A DNA stretch of 64,000 bases. Origin: Octopus vulgaris. Its lineage: Eukaryota. The DNA lies in contig OX597818.1 of assembly GCA_951406725.2 (NCBI GenBank), positions 91,574,001 through 91,638,000 on the forward strand, given 5' to 3'. A program made the translations under genes and the position numbers. Of the stretch, positions 1-22,098 are shown one piece after another; the stretch's first letter is position 1; every line of letters starts with the position of its first letter. The notes beneath the pieces are model-generated. The model did no database searches and was not told where the DNA came from. It saw nothing but the letters and a program-made list of their open reading frames with translations.

Positions 1-3
1 TTA

Positions 4-387
4 TCTCTCTCTATATAAACGGCAGTTTGTCTGTGCGTGTTTCTGTGTGTCTGTTTGCTTGTACCCTCACCCTGACCACGGCTTTCAACCGATTCTGATG
101 AAACTTGACACACACATAGCCCAATGTCATAATTCAAAACTAACGCAGCGAAAATTTTGAAAAGTTCCCCCAGTTCTGAAAAAAATCGATAAATTCGACA
201 TGGGGTCGAGAATCAGGAACACAAACCACAGACTGTCTAGGGGACGCAACTCCACCTTTTTTAACTATCAAAAAAAATTTACCATCATTTTTTTCCATTT
301 TTTTGCTGTTTTTTGGCTATAACTCTCTAAAAATGCTTTATAGTTATTTCCCTTACAAACCTGAGCAACGCCGGGCGATACTGCTAG
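4..387 (+). mobile_element. Non-autonomous Helitron-like element
   Basis: Starts A|TCTCTCTCTATATAAACGGCA and ends with a GC-rich subterminal hairpin-like CCTGAGCAACGCCGGG followed by CTAG|T (384-388); inserted between A and T with no TSD; 5' motif shared with the element at 33113. Confidence 0.75.
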
Positions 388-2559
388 TTTATTATATTTA
401 CCAATTTATTTTTTATTATATGTAATTGGTAAACAGATATGAGCGTGTGAACTCGTAGCAAATTGTATTTGTTCGTAGATCATTTAATCATATTTCTTCA
501 AAAATAGCACGCCTTAGAAAGGAAATGTTGGCTGTTTGTTCTTCTGTTACCCGATTCAAAATTTAATTTAAAACCAAAATGATTTCTACTGAGAAGTATT
601 ATTTAAATGGAACCTTATGGATTGTCCTCAGTAGCATTTAACTCTTCAGTGATAATACTGCAACCGTACCACTTTATGTAATAAAACTGTGATAATACAC
701 TTAATAGTAATTTTGTCTCAAATAAAACTGATACATCATAAATTCAGTTTATGTTGTAACAATGACAATTAACTTCCGAATAACAAGACGACAAACGTAG
801 ATTTATGTCGAATGTGAAATATTTTTGACGGCAAAACTTTTCTCAAAAATACTCAGTTCGCAAATAAAATAATCGTTTCTGAAGTAGGCATAAAGCCAAC
901 TCGATAATCTCGCAACTAGAACTTTATTTTATCGAACACAAGGTAATCCGGTAAAGCTAAAGTTGACCACAGCGCGTTTGAGTACAGACTCAGACATTCA
1001 AGAATCGAAACAAATGCCATAAACCATTCGTTCCAACGCCGTAACGATTCTACCACCCCACTACCTCATAGGAGTTAGGTATGAGGAAAGGAATAACTTA
1101 TCCATGGTGGCTAAATCTGGTAAAAAGTAGAAACCAAATTCCCTGAATAATGCGCTACTATCTTGAAACATAACTAACATATTGGATATGACCATTCAAG
1201 TTACATATATATATGAGTGGATTGGTCATAGGTTCGCTTTATCATTTCTTTCATGGCACCAAATAGCAAATCTATAATGTAACCAATAGTCACCGTTTAA
1301 AAACTAAAACAGTTGTTTAGTTATATAGTAGTAATGCATTCTGATCTTATATAATAATTGTTTAGTCCAGGATTGGGAGTTAACTCATTTCCATGAACTT
1401 TCCATGAGTTTTAATGGAAAGTTCATTTCCTTGAACTTTCCATGAGTTTATCACGATATAACTAGGCACCACATGATCATAAAATTCTTTGATCATAGAA
1501 TTGTAGACTAATTAGAGTAGAGAACATGCATTTCACTGACTTCCAAAGTTTGTTCAGCTATTCGCTTAATTAATTTGTTCAGCAAAATGTACGGTGTCCT
1601 ACAGAGTTCAAGTACGTGTAACTGCAGCGCCGAATGAAATTTGAAATATAAATCTCTGATATATGGATAGAAGCATTTCCTATTTTATCAGAGATTTGAT
1701 AAATTAAGTATCTATTCGAAGTTTCCAAGTGTATTTCTAGGATGCGTATATATGCACTAATATAAACGCATACACCCACAGACACACACACATACTCACG
1801 CACGCACATATAGGGATGGACCCTCCCGGGTAGTAGTAAGTACCATTCGTGTTGTATATTCGGTTCAAATACTTGATCCTAACACACGATACGTAAGAGC
1901 TTAGAATTTTGAGAAAATTATGAAAGAAGAAAAGTTACAAACTCCTACGTTTTAAATTAGATGCAGCTATGCCGCTAAAGTCTCTGTTATGAAGATCGCA
2001 GTTGATGTACCCTACCATCTCATTTATTCCATATAAATGTCACCTGGTATGTCTTCGCCTCTTTTTCTTCTTCAATCACATTTGTTGACGCTGTGTCGAT
2101 CAAAGACATCGGTGTACATTCTTAATGTCTAAACAGATAGCCCTGTTTGCTCATTGGTCTGCTAAAAAGAGCAAGTAAAAAGCTCTCAAATCACATCAGA
2201 AATACTTAAAAAGGAAGGGTGATATGTTTATTCAAGATAATATTGACCAGGATATATCTTACATTTAGCAGAAATTCGAGATTGTTACGGCTGGAATAGC
2301 GTGACTCTTAATTAGTCTGTCTGCTATAACAGAATGGCTGTGATCTATGACTTAACCCCAATGGCAACGTCAACAGCATACTTTATAGAGCAGATGCATT
2401 ATTGCATATATTACTTCGCCACTCGTGTTCACCTCTAGACGTTCATCTAGTAATAAGTTGTATCAAATTTACTATCTTTGAAGATCGTTCCAATACATGG
2501 CTGCAGCCTTACTTATTTTCACTGACTAAATAAAATAATGTCAATATTTGTGTTCTTGT

Positions 2560-2963
2560 AAGGCGGTGACTTGGCTAAATGCTTAGCGGCATTTCGTCCG
2601 TCTTAACCTTATGAGTTCCAATTCCGCCGAGTTCGACTTTGCATTTCATCTTTTCGTGTTCAATGAAATAAGAACCAGCTGAGTACTTGGGTCAACATAA
2701 TCTACTTTACACCTCCTCCCAAATTGTTGGCTGTGTGCCAACATTTGAAATCAATAATTATGTTCTTATGAGGCGGTGAGCCTGCAGAATCGTTAGCGGC
2801 ATTTCGTCAAACATTCTCAGTTCTAATTCTACCGAGCTAGACTGTACGTTTCATCCTTTCGGGGTCAATGAAATAAGTACCAGTTGAAAACTGGGATCGA
2901 TGTTATAGATTTAGGCCCTCTCATAAAATTGCAGGACTTATGCCAACGTTTGAGACAAATAAT
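2560..2963 (+). mobile_element. Two tandem degenerate copies of SINE family A (tRNA-derived)
   Basis: AGGCGGTGA...GCTTAGCGGCATTTCGTC...GAGTTC...TTTCATCCTTTCGGGGTC...AGTACCAG layout, repeated many times in the window. Confidence 0.7.
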
Positions 2964-3434
2964 TGTATTGATCACATGACACCATCGGCCTTGTGTATGA
3001 TATGAAGGGATCATTAGCAAAATATATTTAAACCGGCAGGGAAGACATTGATACCAGAGCTAGTAGAAACTGTAACAAAATGCGTTGCAGTATTTAATCG
3101 TGTTATTTTAGGTTTTATGATTAAATCAAACCAAATTCCAATTTCGCTCGCATGTCTCGCGAAGCAACATAATAAAGATTGCAACAGTATATCCGGTGTC
3201 AATTTAATTGAAAACATATTTCATCCATAAAACTGATACACACCCCACACGAATATATTATCCATTACAACACAAGTGCAATACAAATATCACATAAACC
3301 CACATACACAAAAGCTGCTTCTCATTAACATGAACGAGAAGTTTTATATTTGTTGAAAAGACTATATGGTACACTTATTTGAAAACTGCAATTTAAAAAG
3401 TCTAGTAACAAAGAACATTCCAGAATGAGTGCAA

Positions 3435-4303
3435 ATTCTGATCACTAAGTATCCAGACTGTTGCAATAGTAACGGAGCTAGAGCATGCAGAGATCTGCTT
3501 AGCACAGATTGACCATGAACGCTACTGTACGTGGGCACTAAGTTTCAGAATTCTAGCTCAAATTCCCTGTTTACAGAAGTGCTTGGAAGGAAAGTGTGTA
3601 GCATGTGATCGTCGCACTGACAGAAAAAGTTCAGCTGAGAATCTGTATCAAATTTTGCCAAAAGCTTGGCAATACCTGCTCAGAGACCTACGCAAAGTTT
3701 TCAAAAAGTATTCATTTTTTTCGACACAATAAAGAAGACCTTGTGCAACCGAAACCCGAGTATCATTTTGGTTAGCTGAAAGCAGTTTTGACACAAACTT
3801 GGCAGACACGCATCTCATACCCGAATCTTCAGTGATAACAGGCTGAACTGAACTGTAACTAATATGCACTTCCTCTGATAACTCATGGATTGTGATTCGA
3901 CGATTACCCCTCACAGCTGCACGCACATCTGCGATGTTTCTCTCAGTCCTGCTGGTTGTGGATCTCCCAGAACGTTCGTGAATGTCGACATTTTTCGGCC
4001 ATCTCGGAAATATATGAGCCATTCGTACACTTGTGTGCGGCTCATAAGCTCCTCTCCATACACTTTGTGCAACTTGGCGTAGACCTCTGTATCACCATGA
4101 CAACATTCTCTTTCATGGTCAGCGCGACGATCACACACCTTCCTTCCAAACATTACTATAAACAGCGGAAGTGAGCTACAACGTTAAAACCTTGTGCGCA
4201 TGCTCAGCAGAGTTTAATGTCAATCTTTGGCCAGCGGCTTTACTGTGCATGATTTAACGTCGTTACAATGGCAACAGTCCGGATACCTATTGAAAAGATC
4301 TCG
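3435..4303 (-). mobile_element. Non-autonomous mariner derivative with long inverted arms
   Basis: Frameshifted mariner transposase N-terminus (KVYGEELMSRTQVYEW..FRDGR; RSGRSTTSRTERNIADV..NRRITIHELSEEVHISYSSV..MRCVSAKFVSKLLS); TA at 4304-4305; both ends carry the ATCC(A/G)GACTGTTGC TIR motif. Confidence 0.8.
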
Positions 4304-4823
4304 TATTGTGTTTTGAAGTAGCACTGAAAATCATTGTAGATGTACCGTGATTTTCGTTCTGATAAAAAACCCAGAGCTCCTTGTAAATATTTGTGTTTTG
4401 GTAGCATAAAACAAAAAAATAGACATTGAAAGTTTTAATTTCCCAACAGTTTTACAGTCCCTAAGCATTTATGCGAACTTTGATAAAACTCGTACGGAAA
4501 TCAAGTCACATCGCTACCACAACATGCCAGAAATATATCATTTACCTTTTACGTATTACATTTAACGCACTACTGCCGTGCTGAGCACCACATGGCTTTG
4601 TTGGACAAAAGTACCCCGGTACTTACTTTCTTCAGCCTATTGTTTTCTTTTACCGAAACACTATGTCACGGATACACAAACAAACCATCAAATATTGTGG
4701 GGAGAACAAACATAGACACAAAGACACACATGCGTACATATACGCATACATACCTACATACCTACATACATGCATATTGGCCAGAAATCTTGAAATAAAA
4801 TTGAACAATAGCATGCATACATA

Positions 4824-6113
4824 CAGGGGGGGTGGAAGCAAAATTTACAATATTTTGAGGCAGGGATTGAAAGACAGTGTATGACCAATTTGTTTATTGA
4901 AAGTCATGAGAATTTATTTGCTACAAGACAAGTTACATAATAGAAAATATTTTTATTCTATGTGTCCTCCTTTCTCAATAACTGCCTTCACACGCTTCCT
5001 GAAACTTGCACAGGCGTTCCTAAAATATTCGGAAGACAACTTCTCCCATTCTTCTTTAATAGTATCTTTAAGAGAGTCGACATTGCAGTGTGATGTTCTA
5101 TTGGTAGCATGTTCTAAAACGCCCCAAATAGCATAATCAGAGAGTTTAGATCTGGGCTACAAGGCGGCCATAAGCATGATTTCAAAAGATTGCTAAAGTT
5201 AGATTTGCAGAAATGTTGTATTTTTCTAGCTGTGTGGGTTGGAGCACCATCCTGTGTCCATACATAATTAACATCTGGGTAGTTTGCTTTAAGCCATGGC
5301 AAGACCTCGTATCTCAGAGTCTTGTAGTAAGTATTTTAACATTGATCTTTTCATCAGCTTTGTAGAATTTTATAGTCATTTCCTTTCCATCGGAAGTCTC
5401 AACACCAAAAGCTATAACTTGAGCAAGATCTTTTGTTTTGAATATCCCCTTAACCTCAGCTGTTGATTTTGCGATAAATCTGTCATTTTTGCTGTTCAGA
5501 ACAGCATCGACAATGAAGATCTTTTCACCTGAAAAGATCGTTACAATTGAGGACATTTTCTTGAACCATGTGATAATTCACTTGCATCTCTTCAATCTCT
5601 TTTCCTTCATAGCTGTTGTCAACAAGGGTTTTGGTGTTCTTGTGTAAGATTTTAAACTCAAATCATATTTTACAGCATTTCTAATGGTCTTGTTGTCTAA
5701 CTTAATTTAAATCGCCAGTTTTCTCATGGATTTGGTTGGATCCTTTAGTATTTTGGATTTGAGAGCTTTAATAAAATCTTTGGTACGTTTTTTGTTGATT
5801 CCTCAACTTCCAGACTTCCTCGTAATAGTTTTGCTCGTAGTCATTCTGTTCTTTACATTATAAATAGTCTTTATAGACATTCCAACTATTTTTGAAATCT
5901 CCTTTGGTGTGACGAGTGCTTTCAGAAAATCACACACTCTTTGGCTTTTGCTTTCCTAATTACTCATATGGGCAAAAATTTCTGAAAAGGTAAGGATAAT
6001 AGCGCTAGGTATGAGTATGACATCAATATATGCTAGGTTTCAAAACAATTGACTTAGTGCCTCTTGAGAAAAAACAACTTAACGTTCATTGTAAATTTTG
6101 CTTCCCCACACTG
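4824..6113 (-). mobile_element. Full-length, inactivated Tc1/mariner DD37D (maT-type) transposon
   Basis: TIRs TA|CAGGGGGGGTGGAAGCAAAATTTACAAT and ATTGTAAATTTTGCTTCCCCACACTG|TA; interrupted transposase (ATG near 5967) with FS(G)EKIF, WTQDGAPTHTA and WPPCSPDLNSL(D)YAIWG; 37 residues between the 2nd and 3rd catalytic D; several stops and frameshifts. Confidence 0.85.
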
Positions 6114-8062
6114 TACAGACAAACATACTATGTTGTTGATGTTGAAATTCCAATGAAGGAGACTTAGATCCAGGTACGAAACCAGTTCTTTCTCTATTGG
6201 CAAGAAATCTTGAAATAAAATTGAATAATGACGTAAATACATTCAAACATACATACATACACCATGCATTCAGAGATATATATATGTTTTTGAAATCTTA
6301 TATTTGTTTATAACCTTTCGAGAGAACGCGAAATAATTATTTATTAGAATAGAGGATCTCTAAGTATATATAAAGCTCTAAATAATAGCGTGTATATATT
6401 GGATTCAAAACCCATCTGGATAGAAAAAGGCGAGGGATGTCCTGGCATGTAAATATTGGGTTGAAAATTACTTTCCGATGGAAAAGTTGGAAGTAGCCTT
6501 ATATAACGGGCTTCCATACATTTTCCTTCAACCACACTCACTCACATTACATTAATCTATCTAGATCTGTTGTAGGGGAAACCAACCTAATATTCTGCGC
6601 CGAAATCACATGGTCACAAAGCGAGCTTTCGAACCACATAGTTGAAACTGCATCCATGTCGGTCACTTGTGTGGTTGATTGTAGAGTTTAAAATATCTCT
6701 GATATTTGAAAGCGTAGGAGATGAAACATGTGTGGATGAATGACCGCCACATACTCATTGTGTGGCAATAGTTGTTTTGTGTTTATGAAGAGAAAAACTT
6801 TTCAAACTCGTGATTAGATGCGAAATAATCTGCGAGTGTTACGTTTAGTTAATGCCGTGCTATTCACGAGATACTTATTGATATCAAACGCATTTTTCGG
6901 TAGCAGTCCAGGTTGAAAAGTACCTGAGTAATCTAAGATATTTATTTGATTACTTTGGTTCCGTCCAATGTCATAGCACCTTAAGTAAGCATCTACTGAT
7001 ATAGCTCCGGGTCACCCAAAATCTGGCGAGGTGGTTTCAGAGACAGAAACAGAAAGAAGCCCATTGTATATATGTGTATATATTTTCATTTGTGTCCCTT
7101 ATCCGCTCGCTATTCGTCTCGTCTTGAATATTATTTTGTATTATGTATATTTATTTCATTTTTTTTTATCTGTTCACTTTCTGTCGTGTTTGTTCCCTTG
7201 TTTGCTCGTTGTTTCTGATCCGCTTCTCGTCGCTGACGTCACCAACTTCGTTCCATATCACTGATAAAGGCATGAAACTGTTACGATAGATTGTATGCTA
7301 AATGAAGAGAACTTCTTTCCGTTTGTTCCGATTTTGTGTACGTCTACATATCTTGTGGAACACACACACACAAACACACACAAAACACACACAAACACAG
7401 ACATATACACATATATATGTATATCCAGAATTTAGGGAATGGAGCACGTAAAGTTCAGGTTACATACATTTCATAACTAGTGCAACTTCGGTAGTAGTAA
7501 ATTTATTTTCTATATGTACTGTATATGATACTATGGTAGTGTAAATTCAAAACAAAAAGAAAAAAATACAGTAGTTATTAAACATTCAAACCGCTTTGTG
7601 ACATTTGCCCACCCTTGAGAAGATGAATTAAGTACCCACTAGAATCAGTAGAAGTATAATTAAATCGCTGGATGTTACCGTTATCTCGTTGATTTATGCA
7701 TGATTTTACTGGTGCTCATATACAATGATAGACTAACAAAAATTTTGCTAATCTTTAATATATTTACCTCTGCACCGTTGCATATAAAACAGGAAGGAAA
7801 TAGAAATATCATATGCATTCGCTAGTCTTTCTTATTTTGTAATAATAAACTATATAAGGCTCTAGAATATAATGAGAATCGAACGTACTGTAATTTTTAT
7901 TATATATTCTGAAGCCAGTCGCGACAGCTCTGGTAATCAGTTTTCTCTTGAAATAAATATCTAGAGAGACATGGGGAGAGAAAGAGATGGGGAGGGAAAT
8001 AAAAGGAAGAGAAAGAAGTAAATATTTTTGTTAAATTTTTATTGAAATTCTAATGAAATATT

Positions 8063-8068
8063 TTTATT
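8063..8068 (-). promoter_or_regulatory. Candidate polyadenylation signal of S-crystallin gene A
   Basis: AATAAA on the minus strand ~200 nt after the stop; a second one at 8038-8043. Confidence 0.5.
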
Positions 8069-8267
8069 TAGACCACCCACGATACGGGTATCTAAAGTAT
8101 AAAATGTAGCAGACAGCATCAGCTGTTATAAATATCATTTCTCAATAATGTTTGTAATAGTTTTAATCCATACATTTGTGGGAGATTGTTACAGATCAAA
8201 GTTGATTACAAAAAGCAAAATAATTGTTTCCGTATGCCTTGATTAACTCATTGATTCGTTTTCGGAC

Positions 8268-17612
<9,345 letters not shown>

Positions 17613-17733
17613 TTAAATCAACTGAATTCACAGCAAGACGGATTCGTTATCTTTCTGAAAGCTGAAATGCTTACTGAATATTCTGCAGTGACAGAGTGAG
17701 GAAAATGCTTGAAACTTCACAGATTACAATGGA

Positions 17734-17740
17734 TTTTATA
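17734..17740 (-). promoter_or_regulatory. Candidate TATA box of gene A
   Basis: TATAAAA on the minus strand ~155 nt upstream of the ATG. Confidence 0.6.
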
Positions 17741-17819
17741 GTCCGTAAGATTACATGCGATCATTAACTTTCTGAAAAGGCCCAAGTGTCATTACAGGTG
17801 CAAATACACTGCAATCACG

Positions 17820-17828
17820 GCTGATTCA
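17820..17828 (-). promoter_or_regulatory. AP-1/ARE-like element of gene A
   Basis: TGAATCAGC, one mismatch from TGACTCAGC, ~80 bp upstream of the TATA; the same heptamer lies at a similar position in gene B. Confidence 0.4.
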
Positions 17829-18031
17829 ACTTTTAATTGCAGTAATTACAGCTGCAAGATAATAAGATAAACTTACTGGGAATTGGGTGTTTTCCGAATG
17901 CAAGCATTGCACTGCGTTTTAAATAGCCAGTAATTGCAAATTTGCATAGTCTCAGTAGTGTCTGCATTATTATTCTTCATTACAACTTCTGCAAAATGGT
18001 GTGATGATGCCAATATATGTAAGCGTGTATG

Positions 18032-18095
<64 letters not shown>

Positions 18096-18470
18096 GATGA
18101 CGATTGACACGTGTGTATGCGGGAGCATATATTTACTCACACACACATATACACAGTCATGTAGTTTTATTTGTGCTGTCGTTATGTAATTTGTGCATTG
18201 CATCTGCGTGTTTTTGGTGCAGTTCCACAACTGTAAATGAACATTTTCAGGGTTATTAATCATAACAGTTTAAATAATCTGCGCATCTGCACTTTAATAG
18301 ACACACGTATGTATGTATTGGTGGGTATGTATGTGATGGCGATTATATGTAATTATGCTTAATATTAGTTTTTTTGTATTTTTTGATTAATGGCATTACA
18401 GTTTGTGCACATCATTTAGCAAAACAAATACGTATGCATGCACACACTGACACACAGACACACACATTTG

Positions 18471-18523
<53 letters not shown>

Positions 18524-18541
18524 CATGTATACAGAAAAAGT

Positions 18542-18870
18542 GAAGGTGCATGGCTAAGTGAATAGAGCGTCGATTTTACGATCGTGAAATTGTTAGTTCG
18601 AATCCCGAACCGGGCTGCGTGTTACGTTCTTGAGCAAAACACTTTACTTCACGTTGTTCTAGTTCATTCAACTATAGAAATGAGTTGCAACGTCACAGGT
18701 ACCAAGCAGTATCGGCCTTTGCCTTTCCCTTAGATAACACTGGTGGCGTGGAGAGGGGAGGCCGGTATGCATGGGTGACCGTTGCTCTTCCATAAATAAA
18801 CTTGCCCGGACTCGTGCCTGGGAGAGTACTTTTTCTAGGTGCAATCCCATGGTCAGTCATGCTCGAAGAG
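18542..18870 (+). mobile_element. tRNA-derived SINE family C (CORE-like)
   Basis: A box TGGCTAAGTG, B box AGTTCGAATCCC, then CTTGAGCAAAACACTTTAC CORE-like segment. Confidence 0.65.
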
Positions 18871-18919
18871 CATGTCAGCATATAGAAACACATATACATG
18901 TAGACTCATACACACAAAC

Positions 18920-18967
<48 letters not shown>

Positions 18968-19259
18968 TTAAGGTTCAAGCCGCTGTGGGTTCAATGTACT
19001 GGATATACACGTACGAAATATCTAAAATAGAAATAACTTTTGAACACAACTTTGTTCCTAAATTCCTATTCGACGCTTCTAGATCTTCACACTCTGATTT
19101 TTAAAAATTGCGTTAGTGATTTTTAAGTTTATTGTCGAATGTGATGTATTATGTATTCTGTTTTGCGCGAGTTTTATATGTTATCAATGTTCATTAGTCA
19201 ATAGATTTTGTGTATATTGTTCTTGTAATAGATCTTAAGTTTGGTTTATGTAATTCTAG

Positions 19260-19720
19260 TAGTTGTATTTTCTAATGCATTTGATGCATTGTGTTGGTGT
19301 CCAAACCAAATTTTGTAAGAATCCTTCTTTGCTCGGATGGCATCTTGAAGTTCGTATTAAACCAAGAGTTTCCGTTAGCAGCTGTGAACAGCCTGAAACA
19401 CTAAATTGCTGATCATTTGCTATCTCATTCCTTACGTTAGATGAGCGTCCAGCACATGAATGCCGAGTAACGATCCAAAAAGTATGATTGCGAATACAAG
19501 CGGACAAGATGGAATTTCTGGAGAAGAGGTACTCGACAATGTGTGTGGTTTGCAGATCAGAGAAGCTCTTCAGTTCCAGGTGTTATTTCACTGTATCGAG
19601 AGGCCACTGTTCCCGTGCTATTGACATGTGATTAGAATACTACTGAAAGGATCGCAAAACTAATTCTTCAAGGCGATCCAACTTGCAACGAACCTACGCG
19701 TAGAAGGTGTCATATTAGTC
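19260..19720 (+). mobile_element. Degraded RTE-clade LINE reverse-transcriptase 3' fragment
   Basis: Broken frames give RIQADKMEFL...LQIREALQFQVLFHCIERPLFPCY*HVIRI, resembling the RTE motif RIQAAEMRFLR...IERSQLRWFGHV.RM. Confidence 0.55.
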
Positions 19721-19746
19721 TTCGTGAGTTTGATCTATTAACACGG

Positions 19747-19962
19747 AAGGCGGTTAGCTGGCAGAAATGGTATCACGCCGGGAAAAATGCTTAGCAGTAT
19801 TTCGTCTGCCTTTGCCTCCTAAGTTCAAATTCCACCAAGGTCGACTTTGCCTTTCATCCTTTCGGGGTCGATAAATTAAGAACCAGTTTCGTACGGGGGT
19901 CGGTCTAATCGACTGGCCCCCTCCACAAAAACTTTGGGCCTTCTGCTCTGAGTAAAAAAAGA
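19747..19962 (+). mobile_element. SINE family A copy
   Basis: AAGGCGGTTAGCTGGCAGAA...GTTCAAATTCC...GCCTTTCATCCTTTCGGGGTCGATAAATTAAG, with an A-rich tail. Confidence 0.8.
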
Positions 19963-20285
19963 ATATATAAATATCTATATATTTACAATTAAATATTCAT
20001 TATCTGAAAATCTTCATTCTTTGTTTTCTTTCAGTTAGCATAGCTATTAACAACAGTTAATGGCTCGAAATACGAGAGTAGCAAAACAGCCACCAACTGA
20101 TGAAGGGTCGTTCTTTATGTGGTTTGGCTTGCTTTCCATCTGAGTCTTTCGTTGTTGGAAAGAATAGTTCATTTTCCATGAAATTGTACTTCCTAAATTT
20201 TTGTTGTACACGTTTCATGAAGTCCTGTGCCCACATATGCACATACATATATAGATGTAAGTATGCACATATATGTATGTATATA

Positions 20286-20333
<48 letters not shown>

Positions 20334-20964
20334 TATATATATATATATCAGTATATATATCTCTATATATAAAACTGAAATGCGTTTTTACCGCTTGGAT
20401 CGCTTTCAATGCCACTACGTCCGATTCGCTCCAAAATTTACAGGAACATGTAGAATGAGGTGACGATGCCCGTGGGCTACCTTAGAAATCATCCCTATCT
20501 TAAAAGATGTGGTTGCTAGGGGGCCATCTTCCTCACTCACGCTATTTCCTACATTCCCCTCTTATTCCCCTTCTTTATAACTTTGACAATTCCACTCCCG
20601 TTATTTAATGTAAAGTTCATCAGACGGCGTTATTTGATGTATCTGTCTGCATTCATACAGAGAAACAAATATTCCATCACCATCGCCACCGCATTCTATT
20701 GTCTACCTGTCAACGCGCCCATCGACCAAGTACAAACAGAACACACCAACGAGCGTTTATATATGTGTGTGTGTGTTCTATATATAAATATGTATATATA
20801 ATGTATATATACAAAGTGTATATATCTGTATTTATGTATATTAAACTTTTTAATACTTTTTGATAGTTACGTAAAGGGAACTGGTTGCTTCTTTACACTT
20901 TTTGGGTGCAACTTGGGGGCGAGACAGATAATTTTTCTCTGTTAATTACGTGACCAACAGGGGT

Positions 20965-21705
20965 CTAACAGGGGGAAATTATGCCTAAACATGAGCGCAG
21001 CGCATGTGAACATCCGACGTGATTTGAGTCGGGAGAAGAATTGAGCTGACGCAGACGTGTTGCAAAACAAGGGAGTACACGTACAGAACAGAGGTGCATG
21101 AGTGCAATAGGGCTTGCTAGGCTGAAATACAGTGTACAGTATTGAATATGCCAGTGATTAATGCAGTAAGGCTGAGGCTTCCAGCCAGTGCTTGAGATAT
21201 TATATGCCTCGGTCGTACAGGAACAAAAGTGTGGCATACTGGCGCGTTGTAAGGGACAAACAACTTTCTCTATGTATGCGTGACCGACCTAGGGCCTTAC
21301 AGAGATGAGTTGTGTTTACAAGGGCACATTGAGCATGGAAAACAAGCGAGAAAGGCATGTGTGGCGTATGAATGTGACAAAGATAGCATTTGTGTTTATT
21401 AACTATGTGCGTTCATGTGTGCGACAGAAGTACAAACAAGGTGTATGTGGGCAAAACAAAATACAGCGCATAGGAAAAGTCTCTCAGGGTATTTCAGACA
21501 AGATGGAATTAATTTACCAGTTCGTAGTAAAGTATATAATAGTAGTTCGTTCTGTAACAGTATGTTCGGATCACAAGTGCAGATGCCGGTTGAACACATG
21601 TCGTGTAGCGGTTGTGGCTTCAATGCTGTGCCAGGTTACATTGGTACAGAAGATCTCGCAGGTAGTGCTGTGCTGTTAACCTCGGTGAAAATCATAACAG
21701 CGTGA
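20965..21705 (+). mobile_element. Highly degraded RTE-like LINE RT remnant
   Basis: IQRIGKVSQG and FRQDGINLPVRSKVYN resemble the RTE RT thumb motifs (RI.KAS.AF; W....ISL.VK.RVYN). Confidence 0.4.
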
Positions 21706-22011
21706 AAACTAAACCTGAATGAGTGCTATGTACGTATTAGTGTTGCTGGAGATGAAGGCGACGGAGATGGAGACGACGGGAAGGTGAAGGACGACGATGG
21801 TGATGGTGACGGCAGAGAAAGGCGACGTTGAGATGAAGGCGTCGGTGGCGTTGCTGGTGTATGTTAGCGTCGTCATTGGCTGGAGCAGGAACATGACTGG
21901 TTGGTCTGGTCGTCTGTCGCTAGAACTGGAACATAGTTGAGTAAGCTCTGTGTGGATGAAGACTGCGGCGGATTGATTGGTTCAGACTAGGTAGAAACTA
22001 GATTTTAGCTA

Positions 22012-22098
22012 AGTGTTCTATGGTCTATGACCAGAACTCGGGAAACTTGGTTGAGTGTTCTATGGCCAATGACCAGAACTCGGGAAACTTGGTTGAGT
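22012..22098. repeat. Tandem repeat, 2 x 42 bp
   Basis: AGTGTTCTATGG(TCT/CCA)ATGACCAGAACTCGGGAAACTTGGTTG twice. Confidence 0.9.

Noticed and set aside
1579-1809. Minus-strand ORF ending SYTYLNSVGHR, faintly like the S-crystallin N-terminus
   Set aside because: No ATG at the right place, no RGRAE motif and no matching donor; the similarity is at chance level. I found no exon of a third S-crystallin in the window.
20040-20110. Hairpin plus GAAA followed by CTGATGA, a possible hammerhead (similar weak case at ~7258-7292)
   Set aside because: The core elements are not joined by the required stems in a valid topology; too degenerate to call.
22012-22098. Direct repeats resembling a CRISPR repeat-spacer unit
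   Set aside because: Two abutting copies with no spacer, in eukaryotic context with no cas genes.
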